DNA from: Candidatus Woesearchaeota archaeon
GTDB taxonomy: Archaea; Nanobdellota; Nanobdellia; Pacearchaeales; GW2011-AR1
DNA: 64,000 nt
Assembly: GCA_964639615.1 (NCBI GenBank)
Contig: CAZXHH010000003.1
Location: 18,294-82,293 of the forward strand
Reading direction: 5' to 3'
Shown one piece after another: positions 62,455-64,000 of this stretch. The position numbers and the translations under genes were made by a program. The notes below the pieces were generated by a model. The model did no database searches. It saw only the letters and a list, made by a program, of their open reading frames with translations, and was not told the origin of the DNA. Each line of letters begins with the position of its first letter. Within the stretch, counting starts at the first letter, position 1.

Positions 62455-63276
62455 TTATTGAGTGAAATAAATGTAAATTAAAACAACATATCCTATAAGA
62501 AAAACTGGGCTAAAGGGAATACCTTGCCTTATCAAAACCTCTTTTTTATTTTTCCTTAAAAGTTTTATTTCTTCTTTGTTTAATCCTTCCCACTTTGCCT
62601 TAATCAACTTCCTAGAAACTTTTATATTTTCATACAACCAATCTCCTTCAGTTAGATTGCTAGTCTTGATCTTTTTTATCATGCACGCTTCATCAATAGC
62701 CTTTGCAGAAATATAAAGATAAGGCAAGATAAAAAATACTATTGCTAAGTAGATTACAAGATTTACAAAAAAGGATAAAATTATGAATAAGGCTACAAAT
62801 CCCCATGAAAGATAAAATAATTTCTTTTTTCTATTAAATTGTTTTGAAAACTCTTTTGCAAAATTCTTTTTGTTTTTTAATGCTAATAAAAGACTAAATG
62901 CTATTCCATATAATGCACCTGCAATTAAGAATGCTGCAAAAAATAAGATTATGAGATTTATATTTAAAAAAAAGCTTTCAGAGAAGGGAATAACTGCGCC
63001 TAATCCAATCATAAGTTTTGCATCTCCTCCTGCAAAAACCTTTCCATAATAAAGAAGATTTCCAAGTATAAAGAAGAGTATAAATCCCATTACACCTTGT
63101 ATAAAGAAACTATATCCAGAATTACCAAATAAACAATAAAAAAATCTAAATGTCAATGCGAAGATAACTAATGAAAAATTAAGCCAGTTAGCGATTTCTC
63201 TCTTCTTTAAGTCTTGTATAACTGCAAAGAGAATCCAGATTAAACCAAGAACAATCAAGAAAATATCACCTAACAT
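62455..63276 (-). CDS. Type IV prepilin / preflagellin peptidase (A24 family)
   Basis: Polytopic membrane protein with two catalytic Asp motifs (IQDLKKREI and GGDAKLMIGLG). Confidence 0.65.
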   Translation of the reverse strand: MLGDIFLIVLGLIWILFAVIQDLKKREIANWLNFSLVIFALTFRFFYCLFGNSGYSFFIQGVMGFILFFILGNLLYYGKVFAGGDAKLMIGLGAVIPFSESFFLNINLIILFFAAFLIAGALYGIAFSLLLALKNKKNFAKEFSKQFNRKKKLFYLSWGFVALFIILSFFVNLVIYLAIVFFILPYLYISAKAIDEACMIKKIKTSNLTEGDWLYENIKVSRKLIKAKWEGLNKEEIKLLRKNKKEVLIRQGIPFSPVFLIGYVVLIYIYFTQ

Positions 63277-63431
63277 AATTTAACTAAGAGAAGATGTTTT
63301 ATAAATTAAATGATTAATTCTTCTTTAAATCAACAACTCTATATTTTCCGCCTTTTTGATATGGATGTTTTTTATTTTCCTTAAACTTATCTTTTCTTTT
63401 ATTTCTTCTTTCAGAATCAGCTTTAGACATT

Positions 63432-63785
63432 TTATGGAGTTGCAGGAGCAGGGCATAATTCAGGACATACTTCTATGCCATATCCTCTTGAAGTTAAGGT
63501 TAAATTTGTTGAAAGATCTTGACAGGTTGTTTTAAATTTAACATTTGTACCATCTTTAACTTCTCTTTGTACTGTGCAGAAATCATATTGATTATTTGTT
63601 GAACAAGCAGCATTACAAGAAGTTTTTATTGTATCAACATTATTTGTATTTATCCAGGGTGTAATTTTGTTCCATCCCAAACTAAAACCTAAAACTAAAA
63701 CAACTAAAATTACAAGGCCCAATATAAGCAAGATAATTGTACTTGTACTCATCCCTTGAGCTTTTTTATTCTGCCTCTTTTCCAT
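63432..63785 (-). CDS. Type IV pilin-like protein with class III signal peptide, Cys-rich
   Basis: KKAQGMSTSTIILLILGLVILVVL resembles a class III (prepilin) signal, followed by 8 Cys. It lies next to the prepilin peptidase gene. Confidence 0.4.
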   Translation of the reverse strand: MEKRQNKKAQGMSTSTIILLILGLVILVVLVLGFSLGWNKITPWINTNNVDTIKTSCNAACSTNNQYDFCTVQREVKDGTNVKFKTTCQDLSTNLTLTSRGYGIEVCPELCPAPATP

Positions 63786-64000
63786 ATTGAGATAATGAAT
63801 ATTTTGTTTAAAAATCTTTCTTTTACGGATTATATATAACAGAGAAAGTTACTTTTTCCTTAAATAAAGAGAGACTTCCTGATTTAAAGTTTGGAGAAAA
63901 CTTGTTTACAACAATATTCATCTCTAAATGATCCAATTTATCTTTTTCTATTCGACTATTTGCTTTTTCCATTAAATTTACGCCATCAAATGATTTATGC

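Noticed and set aside
1-64000. CRISPR array, or a diversity-generating retroelement
   Set aside because: I found no regularly spaced short direct repeats anywhere. No ORF has reverse-transcriptase motifs (YxDD). The internal repeats of the giant gene are in-frame protein-module duplications, not template/variable repeat pairs.
1-64000. Integrase, transposase, IS element or prophage
   Set aside because: None of the translated ORFs show tyrosine or serine recombinase motifs, DDE transposase motifs, or terminal inverted repeats. The island hypothesis for 25817..37751 therefore rests only on tRNA flanking.

Overview
The window is a strongly AT-rich archaeal chromosome segment with small, densely packed genes, consistent with a small-genome (DPANN-like) archaeon. 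Archaeal identity rests on recognisable housekeeping genes: transcription factor B, RadA, aIF2-alpha, ribosomal proteins L44e, S3Ae, S8e, S15, L1, P0 and P1, archaeal-type GlyRS, aEF-1beta, RPA, Gins51, a RecJ/GAN-like DHH nuclease, EndoQ, an Sm protein, RNase Z, SRP54, FtsY, Bud32 and an archaeal cofactor-independent phosphoglycerate mutase. Embden-Meyerhof glycolysis genes lie in two minus-strand blocks (PfkB-family kinase, class I FBP aldolase and TIM; PGK and a bacterial-type GAPDH). A sugar-metabolism islet sits between them (LmbE-like deacetylase, GT4 glycosyltransferase, GH130 phosphorylase, a six-hairpin glycosidase and a NagB/Pgl-like protein). I identified six tRNA genes by hand: Cys-GCA, Arg-TCT, Leu-TAG, Val-GAC, Thr-TGT and an intron-containing Gln-TTG hidden under a spurious ORF. 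The most striking element is an ~11 kb minus-strand operon (25915..36930) lying between tRNA-Leu and tRNA-Val. It encodes a 46-aa RHH-like protein missing from the ORF track, a ~612-aa secreted protein, and a 3016-aa secreted multidomain protein. The giant protein carries an unmistakable family-1 lytic-transglycosylase (SLT) domain, several internal repeat modules, a Ser/Thr-rich linker, and a C-terminal Cys/His domain that may be a papain-fold amidase. This is a candidate cell-surface murein-hydrolase system in an organism that makes no murein. Other notable items: a truncated type I restriction HsdR with an adjacent membrane-anchored PD-(D/E)xK nuclease at the window start, a partial duplication of the tRNA-Arg 5' end, tandem paralogous small Cys-containing membrane proteins, and a VKOR-type disulfide oxidoreductase alongside many Cys-rich secreted proteins. 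I found no CRISPR array, transposase, integrase or reverse transcriptase.
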